Program-made: the position numbers and the translations under genes | Source: Candidatus Levyibacteriota bacterium | Lineage (GTDB): Bacteria; Patescibacteriota; Microgenomatia; Levybacterales; UBA12049 | Assembly: GCA_016186625.1 (NCBI GenBank) | Contig: JACPLG010000005.1 | Location: 36,954 to 100,953 of the forward strand | Direction of reading: 5' to 3' | DNA: 64,000 nucleotides | Notes under the pieces: generated by a model | What the model saw: only the letters and a program-made list of their open reading frames with translations | Told to the model about the DNA's origin: nothing | Database searches by the model: none | Shown here: positions 28,223 through 37,088 of the stretch, one piece after another | Layout: every line of letters begins with the position of its first letter | Position numbering within the stretch: the stretch's first letter is position 1

Positions 28223-29617
28223 ATGGTAAGAACACGGATTGCGCCAAGTCCAACTGGGTTTCCCCATATCGGAACTGTCTATCAGGCGCTTTTTAATTAT
28301 TCTTTTGCTAAAAAAAACAAAGGTTCATTTATAGTTCGTGTTGAAGATACTGATCAAACCCGAATAGTTCCGGGCGCAGAGGAAAAAATATTTGAGGCAC
28401 TGGACTGGTTTGGTTTGCCCGAAGACGAAAGTCCGCGAAAAGGCGGAGATTTTGGGCCATATAGGCAATCTGAACGCCTGGAAATTTACAAGAAATATTT
28501 ATCCGAGCTTATTGAAAAAGGAGGAGCCTATTTTTGTTTTTGTACAAAAGAAAGACTGGATGCGCTGCGGGCAAGCCAGTCTGCGGCTAAGCAGCCCATT
28601 ATGTATGATGGCAACTGTCGCGGACTTTCCTTGGAAGAAGCAAAAAAAAGACTAAGCAATGAACCCCATGTAGCGAGATTGAAAATTCCCCACACCCGGA
28701 AATTAATAACAAGAGATGAAATTAGAGGGGATGTTGAGTTTGACCCGACACTTACTGAAGACTCTATTTTGATGAAATCGGACTTCTTTCCAACATACCA
28801 TTTTGCAGTGGTGGTTGATGATCACTTGATGAAAATAACACACGTTATTAGAGGTGAGGAATGGCTTTCATCTTTGCCAAAACATATTGTTATCTATGAT
28901 TATTTTGGTTGGGAAAAACCTTTGTTTTACCACACGCCCAATCTTAGAAATCCTGACAAGTCCAAGCTTTCCAAGCGTCACGGTCACGCAAATATAGATT
29001 GGTATAGGAAAGAAGGATTTTTACCTGAAGCAATTTTAAATTTCCTCTGCCTTATGGGGTGGAGTTACCCGGACCAGCGGGAAGAATTCGATCTATCGGA
29101 GTTTATTAATCTTTTTGACCCCAAAGATCTCAAACCGGTTGGCCCAATTTTTGACCTTACAAAACTTGAATGGCTCAATGGAGTCTGGATTAGAAATATG
29201 TCAGTCCAAGATTTAAGGAAACGACTTGAAAAATTTTATAAAGATGACAAGGACTTTAGTGTAATTTTTGAAAGCCGTCATATAGATCTTATGATTGGCC
29301 TTGCCCAAAGCAGAATGAAAAAACTTTCAGAGTTTCGAAGTCTTGTCATTGCGCCTCAAAAACAGAGGCAGTTTAGCGAGGAGGAAAAAGAGACAGGCAA
29401 AAAGCTTTTGGGAGTTCTTCAAGAAATAAATCATACCGACTGGAGGGAAGATATAATCCTCAACTATTTAAAGAATTTTAGAGATGAGGAGGGAGTTTCA
29501 ATGAAACTGATTTATTTTCTGATTACCGGCAGGGAACAGGGTCTTCCACTTATCGAAACAATGGTAAAAATTGAAGGAAGGGACCAAATCCTGGAGAATC
29601 TTAAGAAAAGAGTTTAG
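28223..29617 (+). CDS. gltX: glutamate--tRNA ligase
   Basis: MVRTRIAPSPTGFPHIGTVYQALFNY (HIGH-type motif) and KLSKRHG (KMSKS-type). Confidence 0.9.
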   Translation: MVRTRIAPSPTGFPHIGTVYQALFNYSFAKKNKGSFIVRVEDTDQTRIVPGAEEKIFEALDWFGLPEDESPRKGGDFGPYRQSERLEIYKKYLSELIEKGGAYFCFCTKERLDALRASQSAAKQPIMYDGNCRGLSLEEAKKRLSNEPHVARLKIPHTRKLITRDEIRGDVEFDPTLTEDSILMKSDFFPTYHFAVVVDDHLMKITHVIRGEEWLSSLPKHIVIYDYFGWEKPLFYHTPNLRNPDKSKLSKRHGHANIDWYRKEGFLPEAILNFLCLMGWSYPDQREEFDLSEFINLFDPKDLKPVGPIFDLTKLEWLNGVWIRNMSVQDLRKRLEKFYKDDKDFSVIFESRHIDLMIGLAQSRMKKLSEFRSLVIAPQKQRQFSEEEKETGKKLLGVLQEINHTDWREDIILNYLKNFRDEEGVSMKLIYFLITGREQGLPLIETMVKIEGRDQILENLKKRV

Positions 29618-29619
29618 CA

Positions 29620-30213
29620 ATGGAAGAATTTGTCCTGTTGGCAAGACCATTTTGGGTGAATCTTTTGATATTGGTTCCAATTCTTTTGTTTTTTTACTTT
29701 CGCAAAAACAAACTTGCGATTTCCCGAAAAACTCTTTTTTACACTTTTCTGTTTGGTGCTTCCTTTGGGGTAATTGAGGCAAGTGTTCTTATATATCTAA
29801 GAGCTGCAACAGGGCTTCTTCCAGGATTCGAAGGAACAATATTTGATGTATGGAGACAGAGCTACGAGATTTACTACAACCAGGAGATGCTAGAGAGGCA
29901 ACTTCCAATGAGCCTGCGAGTGTTCGAATTAATTCGTGAAATAGGAACTATGGTTATGCTTTGGGCAGTCGCATTTATAGCTGCTTCAAAATGGAAGGAA
30001 AGATTTGCGATATTCCTCTTTTCTTTTGCAGCTTGGGATATTTTCTATTACATCCATCTTTGGGCAACTGTTCGCTGGCCGAAAAGCCTGACAACGCCTG
30101 ATGTTTTGTTTTTAATTCCCGAGCCCTGGTTTGCCCAAGTCTGGTTCCCGATTTTAGTAAGCGGCGCTACCATGTTTGGAATTATTATAAATTTAAGAAA
30201 GAAAACTAAATAG
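29620..30213 (+). CDS. integral membrane protein, unknown function
   Basis: 5-6 hydrophobic helices. I recognise no motif. Confidence 0.4.
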   Translation: MEEFVLLARPFWVNLLILVPILLFFYFRKNKLAISRKTLFYTFLFGASFGVIEASVLIYLRAATGLLPGFEGTIFDVWRQSYEIYYNQEMLERQLPMSLRVFELIREIGTMVMLWAVAFIAASKWKERFAIFLFSFAAWDIFYYIHLWATVRWPKSLTTPDVLFLIPEPWFAQVWFPILVSGATMFGIIINLRKKTK

Positions 30214-30215
30214 CC

Positions 30216-30917
30216 TTACTTATGATGGCCCATTTTGTAGGAGATGAAATTCGCGGATCGGAAAATTCCAAAAGTAAAAAAGATTGACATAAATAAGTAT
30301 TTCAAGGTCGTTCTTACCACACCATCTTCATAGAATCTTCGCGGAGAAACATAGATAGAAAGGTGAAGCATGGCAGATTTATTTTTTCTTCCAACTCTTC
30401 GTATGAATTCAATATCTTCAAATTTTATTGACGTATCAAAACCTCCACCTTTTTCAAATACCGTCTTTCTAATGATGATGCAGCAGCCAGCACCTGAAGG
30501 AAGAAACCTTTGATAAAGGGAAAACCCGAAATTATACAAATACATAGAAGCTATTAAAAGAGGATGTTTTGTGCGTGCAAGATAAAAAGGACATGCAATA
30601 TCAAGGTTTTTACGTTCAAATTCACCCAATGCTTTCTGCAAAAAATCGTGGGCTATTTCAGTGTCTGCATCGATAAAGATAATTAGCTCATTGTTTGCAT
30701 GTTTTGCACCAAGATTTCTCTGCCCCGCAATTGACGGAGGAGCTTGAAGAATTTTTACATTTTTATATTTTTTTACAATTTTAAGAGTTCTATCTGCTGA
30801 GTAAGCGTCAACAACAATTATCTCATCTGCTTTTTTGGTCTGATTTTCAAGATTTTCTAAGATTCCTCCAATATATTTCTCTTCATTTAGAGTCGGGATG
30901 ACAACAGTAGTTTTCAT
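30216..30917 (-). CDS. family-2 glycosyltransferase
   Basis: VVIPTLNEEKYI, VVDAYSADRT and FIDADT (DxD) motifs. Confidence 0.75.
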   Translation of the reverse strand: MKTTVVIPTLNEEKYIGGILENLENQTKKADEIIVVDAYSADRTLKIVKKYKNVKILQAPPSIAGQRNLGAKHANNELIIFIDADTEIAHDFLQKALGEFERKNLDIACPFYLARTKHPLLIASMYLYNFGFSLYQRFLPSGAGCCIIIRKTVFEKGGGFDTSIKFEDIEFIRRVGRKNKSAMLHLSIYVSPRRFYEDGVVRTTLKYLFMSIFFTFGIFRSANFISYKMGHHK

Positions 30918-30943
30918 GTCACGCCTAGTATATCAGAAGGAGA

Positions 30944-31624
30944 CTAGTAAGATACGAATTTTTGAATTTTGGCTTTTTTTTGAAGATCTTCAATTAATTT
31001 TTGCGTTTTCCCCTGAATCTTTTCCTGCCTTAATGATTCTCTTGCCTGTGTTTTCTTTTGCTCATCCGTTGTTCCTTCCGGGAAAAGACTTTTGTTCTGC
31101 GTAATATAGTCTCCCATCTCCTTATCGGATATTTTTATATCCTCACCGGCTAATTTCTGGACTGAAAGTTGCAGCCCAATCTCGTTTCTCAACTCGTTTC
31201 TGGTCATGCTTTGTCGCTGCAGGGCTTGGTCAAGAGTTGTGCCTTGAGACTTTAAGTTTGCCTCAATTTTTACAATTTCAGAATCAATCTCGGATGGCGT
31301 AGCCGATACACCTTTATTCCTTACTTCCTGGAGGATTAATTTTTTAATTATCAGATTCTCAAGTACTGCCTCTCCGCTTTGGTTCTCAAGATTCTTAATT
31401 ACCGAGATTCTTGTTATTGGTTCTCCGTTTACTATTGCGGCAACAAAAAGTCCTTTATAAAGATAAAGAAGAATTACCACTATTAAAATTAACAGAGCCA
31501 GAACAGCTGTTAATTTTTTATTTCTTAAGAATGTATCTTTGTTAAGTTTAATTTTACCAGGCAGAGATGTTTGGGTTTTTTCAACTGCAGGACTTGGGGT
31601 TTTTGCTCTTGACTTTCTTGCCAT
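30944..31624 (-). CDS. SurA N-terminal-domain-like periplasmic chaperone (no PPIase domain recognisable)
   Basis: Signal/anchor helix followed by the IVNGEPITRISVIKNLENQSGEAVLENLIIKKLILQE pattern typical of SurA/PrsA N-domains. The likely start is the ATG at 31624 (MARKSRAK). Confidence 0.45.
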   Translation of the reverse strand: MARKSRAKTPSPAVEKTQTSLPGKIKLNKDTFLRNKKLTAVLALLILIVVILLYLYKGLFVAAIVNGEPITRISVIKNLENQSGEAVLENLIIKKLILQEVRNKGVSATPSEIDSEIVKIEANLKSQGTTLDQALQRQSMTRNELRNEIGLQLSVQKLAGEDIKISDKEMGDYITQNKSLFPEGTTDEQKKTQARESLRQEKIQGKTQKLIEDLQKKAKIQKFVSY

Positions 31625-31714
31625 CTGAAAATTATAGCATAACCGGGAAGTAAAGATACAAACAAATTTAAGGTACCTATTTACTCTTGTCTCTTTCTTT
31701 ATTAGCATGTAAAT

Positions 31715-32443
31715 ATGCCCAGGAAAAAAAATCGTACCTCAAAGAGCAGAAAAATTTTCCATCAGTATATCTTAGCGTTTGTAGTAAGCCTATTTATAGT
31801 TTCCGGATTCTTTTATTGGAACTGGGCAAACTCTTCTAATAAGGAAGAATGCGCAAATTCAATAAGCTGTATTAATGATCTTTCAGGAAAAATTGATCCA
31901 ACTCAAAAAGAGGGAGAATTTATGGGTCAAAAAATAAAAATCCCAGAACTTGTTGCTCAAAGTCCGCAGTCTCAAGTAGTTTTAGGCGATTCATCTTCAA
32001 ATAAACACATTTACATAGATTTGACCAACCAAAAGCTTTACGCTAAAGAGGGAGACAAGACTATCTACGAGTTTCTTGTTTCTACTGGTAAGTGGGGGAG
32101 GACTCCAACGGGAAATTTTATTACCTGGATAAAGCTAAGAGCAGCCAAGATGGAGGGGGGAAGTAAAGCACTGGGCACTTATTATTATCTTCCAAATGTT
32201 CCTTATATTATGTATTTTCATGGTAGTGGAATTCCCAAATGGCGAGGGTATGGAATCCACGGAGCGTACTGGCATAACAACTTTGGTCATCCCATGAGCC
32301 ACGGATGCATAAATATGAGGATTGAGGAAGCAAGACTTTTGTACGATTGGGCAAGTCCTCCAACAGAAGGACACACAACTCTTGTTGATGCCAATAGTCC
32401 TGGGACGCCTATTACAATCTACGGCACCGCCCCGTGGCAATAA
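31715..32443 (+). CDS. L,D-transpeptidase (YkuD domain)
   Basis: Catalytic block IHGAYWHNNFGHPMSHGCINM (His ... SHGC), preceded by an N-terminal TM. Confidence 0.8.
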   Translation: MPRKKNRTSKSRKIFHQYILAFVVSLFIVSGFFYWNWANSSNKEECANSISCINDLSGKIDPTQKEGEFMGQKIKIPELVAQSPQSQVVLGDSSSNKHIYIDLTNQKLYAKEGDKTIYEFLVSTGKWGRTPTGNFITWIKLRAAKMEGGSKALGTYYYLPNVPYIMYFHGSGIPKWRGYGIHGAYWHNNFGHPMSHGCINMRIEEARLLYDWASPPTEGHTTLVDANSPGTPITIYGTAPWQ

Positions 32444-32716
32444 TATGAAAATAATAATTTTTGGCAAAAGTAGTGACTTAGAGGATCTTTTAATAATTAT
32501 TGCCTATATCTTGATCCTTATTCTAATAGCTGCTTTAATTTGGATTTTGATTAGCCCGTTCCTTGCAGTTTTAGTCTCAATTCTTGTCTCATATCTTTTT
32601 TATCTTCGGAAAATCATTGGCAGAAAATAGTCTAAAACTGGATTTATTAGCCTCAATAAAAAAATTTGGGCACTTTACGCTTACTCAGAAAAAACAAATT
32701 TGGTATAGTTACACAT

Positions 32717-33901
32717 ATGTTAAAAATCAATGAGCGGTCGCTTGCTCTTCACAAAAAACATCAGGGGAAGATTGCAACTGTTCCCATAGTTCCCATAAAA
32801 ACCAAAGAAGATCTATCACTTGCCTATACTCCGGGTGTTGCTGCGGCAAGCAGTCTGATTGCCAAAAATCCTATGCTTTCTTATGACTATACGTGGAGGG
32901 GGCGGGCTGTTGCTGTGGTGTCTGACGGCTCGGCGGTGTTGGGACTGGGAAACATAGGCCCTGAAGCGGCACTTCCCGTGATGGAGGGCAAGGCGCTGCT
33001 GCTTAAGGAATTTGGCGGGGTGGACGGCGTGCCTCTAGTTATAAACACTCAGGACGCCTCGGAGATTGTCCGGTTTGTTACCCATATTGCTCCGTCTTTT
33101 TCCGGCATTCTTTTGGAAGATATCAGTGCGCCCCGGTGCTTTCAGATAGAAGAAGAACTCTTAGGAATCGGGATACCGGTCTTTCATGATGATCAGCACG
33201 GGTCAGCGATTGCGGTAAGAGCGGCTCTTAAGAATGCGGCGAAGGTAGTGGGAAAGGAGTATGGTAATCTTCGGGTAGTGATTGTCGGCGCGGGAGCGGC
33301 AGGGCTTGCCACCGCCAAGATGCTTCTTGGCTTAACCTGTCAAAGTGATTTTTGTGAGATTATACCGGGAGGGCTACGGGTAAAAGATGCCATCATTGTC
33401 GATAGGGCGGGGGCCCTCTTTCCCGGAAGAGCTGATCAAAATATATATAAGCAGGGATTAGCCAGCGTGTCCAACATCGACCGCAAAAGTGGGACACTTG
33501 CCGAGGTTATTCAAGGCGCAGATGCGCTGATCGGAGTTTCCGGGCCAAACAATATTACGCCTGAGAATATACGACGCATGGCTCCTCACCCAATCGTATT
33601 TGCCATGGCCAACCCCGTACCCGAGATTATGCCCGATGAGGCCAGACGAGCAGGGGCGGCAGTAGTTGCAACAGGAAGGAGCGACGTTCCTAACCAAATC
33701 AATAACGTCCTGGTATTTCCCGGCGTTTTTCGGGCTGTTAAGGAGGGAAGGTTAAAAACTATTACACCGGAGATGAAACTGGCCGCATCAGACGCGTTGG
33801 CAGGATTAGTAACAAAGCCTACAGAAGATCACATTATCCCCGATCCGTTTTTTCCGAGGCTTGCAGAGACCATCGCCCATGCGATGCTAAAAAAGGCATA
33901 A
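32717..33901 (+). CDS. NAD(P)-dependent malic enzyme (short form, no PTA domain); markedly GC-rich relative to its surroundings
   Basis: LAYTPGVAAAS, VVSDGSAVLGLGNIGPEAALPVMEGKALL and VVIVGAGAAGLA motifs. The likely start is the ATG at 32717 (MLKINERSLALHKKHQGKI). Confidence 0.85.
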   Translation: MLKINERSLALHKKHQGKIATVPIVPIKTKEDLSLAYTPGVAAASSLIAKNPMLSYDYTWRGRAVAVVSDGSAVLGLGNIGPEAALPVMEGKALLLKEFGGVDGVPLVINTQDASEIVRFVTHIAPSFSGILLEDISAPRCFQIEEELLGIGIPVFHDDQHGSAIAVRAALKNAAKVVGKEYGNLRVVIVGAGAAGLATAKMLLGLTCQSDFCEIIPGGLRVKDAIIVDRAGALFPGRADQNIYKQGLASVSNIDRKSGTLAEVIQGADALIGVSGPNNITPENIRRMAPHPIVFAMANPVPEIMPDEARRAGAAVVATGRSDVPNQINNVLVFPGVFRAVKEGRLKTITPEMKLAASDALAGLVTKPTEDHIIPDPFFPRLAETIAHAMLKKA

Positions 33902-33916
33902 TTTTTGTCCTTTGAC

Positions 33917-33981
33917 TCTGGTTCGACTTGCTCACCAGTCGCTCAGGATGTTCTCCTGCTATAGCTGTGAGCGCAGTCGAA
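33917..33981. other. imperfect 15-bp inverted repeat (GTTCGACTTGCTCAC ... GTGAGCGCAGTCGAAC) immediately 3' of tRNA-Gln
   Basis: Both arms read directly. The ~30-nt loop is GC-moderate. Possibly a terminator or processing hairpin for the tRNA transcript. Confidence 0.4.
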
Positions 33982-33985
33982 CAGC

Positions 33986-34054
33986 TGCTGGACTTGGATT
34001 CGAACCAAGATGAGCGGATTCAGAGTCCGCTATCCTACCATTAGATGATCCAGC
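33986..34054 (-). tRNA. tRNA-Gln (anticodon CUG)
   Basis: Minus-strand sequence GCTGGAT...GCGGA-CTCTGAA-TCCGC...CTTGG-TTCGAAT-CCAAG-TCCAGC-A. The acceptor stem pairs, the T-loop is canonical, and the anticodon loop CU-CUG-AA has U33 and A37. The D-arm is short, so the ends are +/- 2 nt. Confidence 0.7.
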
Positions 34055-34124
34055 AAGGCGTACTAATTTTATCTCATTGAGGCTAATAAATCCAGTTTAA
34101 ACCTACTTACTTCCAAAAATATTT

Positions 34125-34607
34125 TTGTTATACTTATTCATAATGAGCGTGCCAGACAGAATTCAAGAAGGGCTGCGGTGGAATAATCTCCATCATTTAC
34201 TTCTACTCTGGACACCAAATATATTTAATCCGTATAAGCTGATTGCCAATCTTAGGCATCCTATCGGTGAAGTATTTCATACCAATCATAAACAGCGCCC
34301 TGTCAAAAGAACGGATGAAACGCAGTATTACATAGTGGAACACAGGCTTTTTGGAAGACTCGTAACAGTTGATGTTGTTATTCCTACTACATTTCAAAAA
34401 GGGATAATTCTTAGAATAAAACAACTGTTTAACAGAAGATTTTACTATGGTCATGACAGAGATTTCCCACGACCATTTATATTGGTAAATAGAACATTTG
34501 TTAATGATGACTTTGACCAAAAGAGATTTTTAAAGAGAATGTGGGATGAGTTAAGAAGATCAGGGATTTCGAACATTAAGTTTGCAGTAAGATTTGCGGA
34601 AAACTAG
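34125..34607 (+). CDS. hypothetical protein
   Basis: 160-aa ORF. I recognise no motif. Convergent with the downstream membrane-protein genes. Confidence 0.3.
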   Translation: MLYLFIMSVPDRIQEGLRWNNLHHLLLLWTPNIFNPYKLIANLRHPIGEVFHTNHKQRPVKRTDETQYYIVEHRLFGRLVTVDVVIPTTFQKGIILRIKQLFNRRFYYGHDRDFPRPFILVNRTFVNDDFDQKRFLKRMWDELRRSGISNIKFAVRFAEN

Positions 34608-34924
34608 CGTTTTTTGAGGGAGGTAGAGAGGAAGCTAATTAGAAGATATAAAAGGAGCATTTGCCATAAAACTATTGAAATTAGGGTGGTGCTTAAGAAA
34701 AGACTGATTAACTCCCGCTTTAGGTCATAAACCACAATAAGAAGTGAGGCAATTTTCCCGGTAATTAGTAAAATTCCAAGCCCAATTAAAGGACTTATGA
34801 TAACTGGCAAAAGTACAGGACGCCTAACTGTTTCTCTTACCGAGACATAAGGGTGAAACGTAAGCCCAAGAAGTGTTTTAGTCCAGACATATGCAACGTA
34901 AATAAAAAAAGTTCTTTTTCTCAT
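34604..34924 (-). CDS. small integral membrane protein
   Basis: 3 hydrophobic helices. Last gene of the sigma-factor operon. Confidence 0.35.
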   Translation of the reverse strand: MRKRTFFIYVAYVWTKTLLGLTFHPYVSVRETVRRPVLLPVIISPLIGLGILLITGKIASLLIVVYDLKRELISLFLSTTLISIVLWQMLLLYLLISFLSTSLKKR

Positions 34925-35148
34925 ATGGTCCTAAATATTTTAAGGACAAAATCAGTATAACTTCCCCCAAAAATTCCCCTGAAAAGAAGAGTGATCAGAA
35001 AAGCTAAAGGAACTAAGATTCTGTAAGGATGGTGTCCAAGCCAAAGGCTAACTGTTGAGAAAACTTTTGAAAATGGCATATCTCTGACTATTCTCTCCTG
35101 CTCACGGGCTCTTTGTTGAAGCTTTAAAATAAATTCACCCTCGTTCAT
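34921..35148 (-). CDS. small membrane protein downstream of the ECF sigma factor (candidate anti-sigma factor)
   Basis: The listed ORF 34921..35220 overlaps the sigma-gene 3' end. The internal ATG at 35148 (MNEGEFILKLQQRAREQ...) gives a plausible 75-aa protein with one TM helix. The function is inferred from position only. Confidence 0.3.
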   Translation of the reverse strand: MNEGEFILKLQQRAREQERIVRDMPFSKVFSTVSLWLGHHPYRILVPLAFLITLLFRGIFGGSYTDFVLKIFRTI

Positions 35149-35668
35149 AAAGGATTTGGAATTGCCGCCTTGCTCTAAAAAGTAGCGATTCCGTGGCTTT
35201 AAAAGAAAGATTAAATTCAAGAGCTATTTGTTTAATAGGTATGTTATCTTCATAATGGAGTCTTAGTATCTTTCTATATTTTTCAGAAAGAGCATAGAGA
35301 GTTTTTTCAATTTTAACTCTTATCCTATTTTTTTCAAACTGGAATTCAGGCTGGTGTACCTCTTTGTCGATTATCTCAAGATAAGGAATTTGAGACAGAA
35401 GTATAGACTTTATTTTTCTCTTTCTGTAGTAATCAACCATCTTATTATGGGCAATTTTAAAAAGCCAAGCAGTTAAGTTTGAATTTCTCTGAAGAAGCTG
35501 CAGGGAATCAATTGCCTCAAGAAAAACATCATTTGTCAGATCCTCGGCGTCTTCTTTTGAAGGCAAGCGGTGAGCAAGATAATTTAAAATCTTTGGGGAG
35601 TTTGACTTATAAAATTCACTTACCGATTGGGGATCTCCGCTTTTTACCTTATCGATCAGACTTCCCAT
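35135..35668 (-). CDS. ECF-type RNA polymerase sigma-70 family factor
   Basis: Region 2 (EDAEDLTNDVFLEAI, NLTAWLFKIAHNKMVDYYRKRK) and region 4 HTH (IKQIALEFNLSFKATESLLFRARRQF). The likely start is the ATG at 35668 (MGSLIDKVKSGD). The listed ORF's 71-aa N-terminal extension runs through a GC-rich non-coding segment. Confidence 0.8.
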   Translation of the reverse strand: MGSLIDKVKSGDPQSVSEFYKSNSPKILNYLAHRLPSKEDAEDLTNDVFLEAIDSLQLLQRNSNLTAWLFKIAHNKMVDYYRKRKIKSILLSQIPYLEIIDKEVHQPEFQFEKNRIRVKIEKTLYALSEKYRKILRLHYEDNIPIKQIALEFNLSFKATESLLFRARRQFQILYERG

Positions 35669-35739
35669 AAGAAGTATTATACACAATTTTGGAGTTTTTC
35701 CGCCAGCATTTACCCTTCGCCTTTTCGATTCTATACGAA

Positions 35740-35815
35740 TACGGCTGCCTCCAGACCTGCCTGCCGGCAGGCAGGGGCGGGCAGGCATGGAGCATTGCTT
35801 GGAGGACAAGTTGGT
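35740..35815. promoter_or_regulatory. GC-rich structured segment with a perfect 20-bp palindrome CCTGCCTGCCGGCAGGCAGG (35756-35775) in the divergent sigma/HMG-CoA-reductase intergenic region
   Basis: The palindrome reads directly. Flanking CCTCCAG...CTTGGAGG complementarity extends the hairpin. A TTGACT...TATATT promoter-like pair follows at ~35833-35862. Confidence 0.5.
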
Positions 35816-35879
35816 GCGAATGATTTTTTGACTTTTTACGACTATATTAGTAAGGCTTATTGCGGCCAAAAAATCGTTC

Positions 35880-37052
35880 ATGAACTTAAGAGATTACGGA
35901 TTAGCTTCGGATAGACGAACAGTTTTAGAAAAAGAACTTAAGCTTACTCTTCCAAATATTGGCTCGTTTACCTTGGACGAAAAAATTGCAAGTTCCAGAA
36001 ATTGCGAAAACATGATTGGAGTAGCACAAGTGCCAATTGGGATTGCAGGACCGTTAAAAGTTCAAAGTTCAATCCATTCGGCAAGCTCAGGACAAGCGTT
36101 CAAAGTTCAAAGTTATTATCTGCCTTTGGCGACGACAGAGGGGGCGTTGGTGGCATCGGTTAATAGAGGATGTAAAGCAATAACAGAATCTGGAGGGGCT
36201 GTCTCATATGCGTATCGCGTTGGACAAACAAGAGGACCTGTCTTTTCAGTTAAAAACCTGGAAGAACAGAAGAAAGTTTATGACTGGATAAAAAAGAATG
36301 AAGCAAAACTAGGAAAAGTTGCAGAATCTAACTCTCAGCATTTAAAACTTTTAAGAATAAAAGTTCGGGGACTGTCAAATTACTTGTTTGTTCGATTTTA
36401 TTTTAATACGGAGGATGCCATGGGTATGAATATGGTAACAATTGCAACCCAGAAAGCGTCAGAATTAATTGAAAAAGAAACAGGAGCAAGACTTATTTCT
36501 GTTGCAGGGAATTTTGATATAGATAAAAAACCATCCTGGCTTAATTTTATAAACAATCGCGGCTTTAAAGTCTGGTCTGAGGTGGTTCTAACAAAAAAAG
36601 TTCTCAAAGATGTTCTAAAAACTAATGCTGACAAATTTTTTGAAGTATGGCTTTCCAAATGTATGATCGGATCTGCAATGTCAGGTTCGTTAGGTTTTAA
36701 CGCTCAATATGCAAATATAATTGCAGCGCTTTTTATAGCAACAGGTCAGGACCCAGCCCATGTTGCGGAGGCAAGTATGGGGATTACAACAGCAAAAGTT
36801 TTACCAAACGGAAATCTTTCAGTCTCAATTTATTTGCCTGACTTAAGCATAGGAACAGTTGGTGGGGGAACTGGACTAGCAACGCAGCAGGAAGCGCTTT
36901 CGATATTGGGTGTTGCCGGCGCAGGAAATGTCGAAAAATTCGCTGAAATTGTTGGAGCAGCAGTTTTGGCAGGAGAAATTTCATTGATATCAAGTTTGTC
37001 CGAAGGAAGTTTGGCGATTGCTCATGAGAAACTAGGGAGAGGACTGAGATAA
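35880..37052 (+). CDS. hydroxymethylglutaryl-CoA reductase, class I (archaeal/eukaryotic type)
   Basis: EDAMGMNMV motif, LATTEGALVAS, GTVGGGT and a C-terminal HxxLG. Confidence 0.85.
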   Translation: MNLRDYGLASDRRTVLEKELKLTLPNIGSFTLDEKIASSRNCENMIGVAQVPIGIAGPLKVQSSIHSASSGQAFKVQSYYLPLATTEGALVASVNRGCKAITESGGAVSYAYRVGQTRGPVFSVKNLEEQKKVYDWIKKNEAKLGKVAESNSQHLKLLRIKVRGLSNYLFVRFYFNTEDAMGMNMVTIATQKASELIEKETGARLISVAGNFDIDKKPSWLNFINNRGFKVWSEVVLTKKVLKDVLKTNADKFFEVWLSKCMIGSAMSGSLGFNAQYANIIAALFIATGQDPAHVAEASMGITTAKVLPNGNLSVSIYLPDLSIGTVGGGTGLATQQEALSILGVAGAGNVEKFAEIVGAAVLAGEISLISSLSEGSLAIAHEKLGRGLR

Positions 37053-37088
37053 TTTGAAATTCGAAATTTAAAATTGAAAATTTAAAGT

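Noticed and set aside
35669-35881. 71-aa N-terminal extension of the listed sigma-factor ORF (35135..35881) that runs through the GC-rich palindrome
   Set aside because: The ECF sigma region-2 alignment begins at the internal Met (MGSLIDKVKSGD, ATG at 35668). The extension is low-complexity (PARPCLPAGRSGGSRIRIESKRRR) and is produced by reading the palindrome. It is treated as non-coding.
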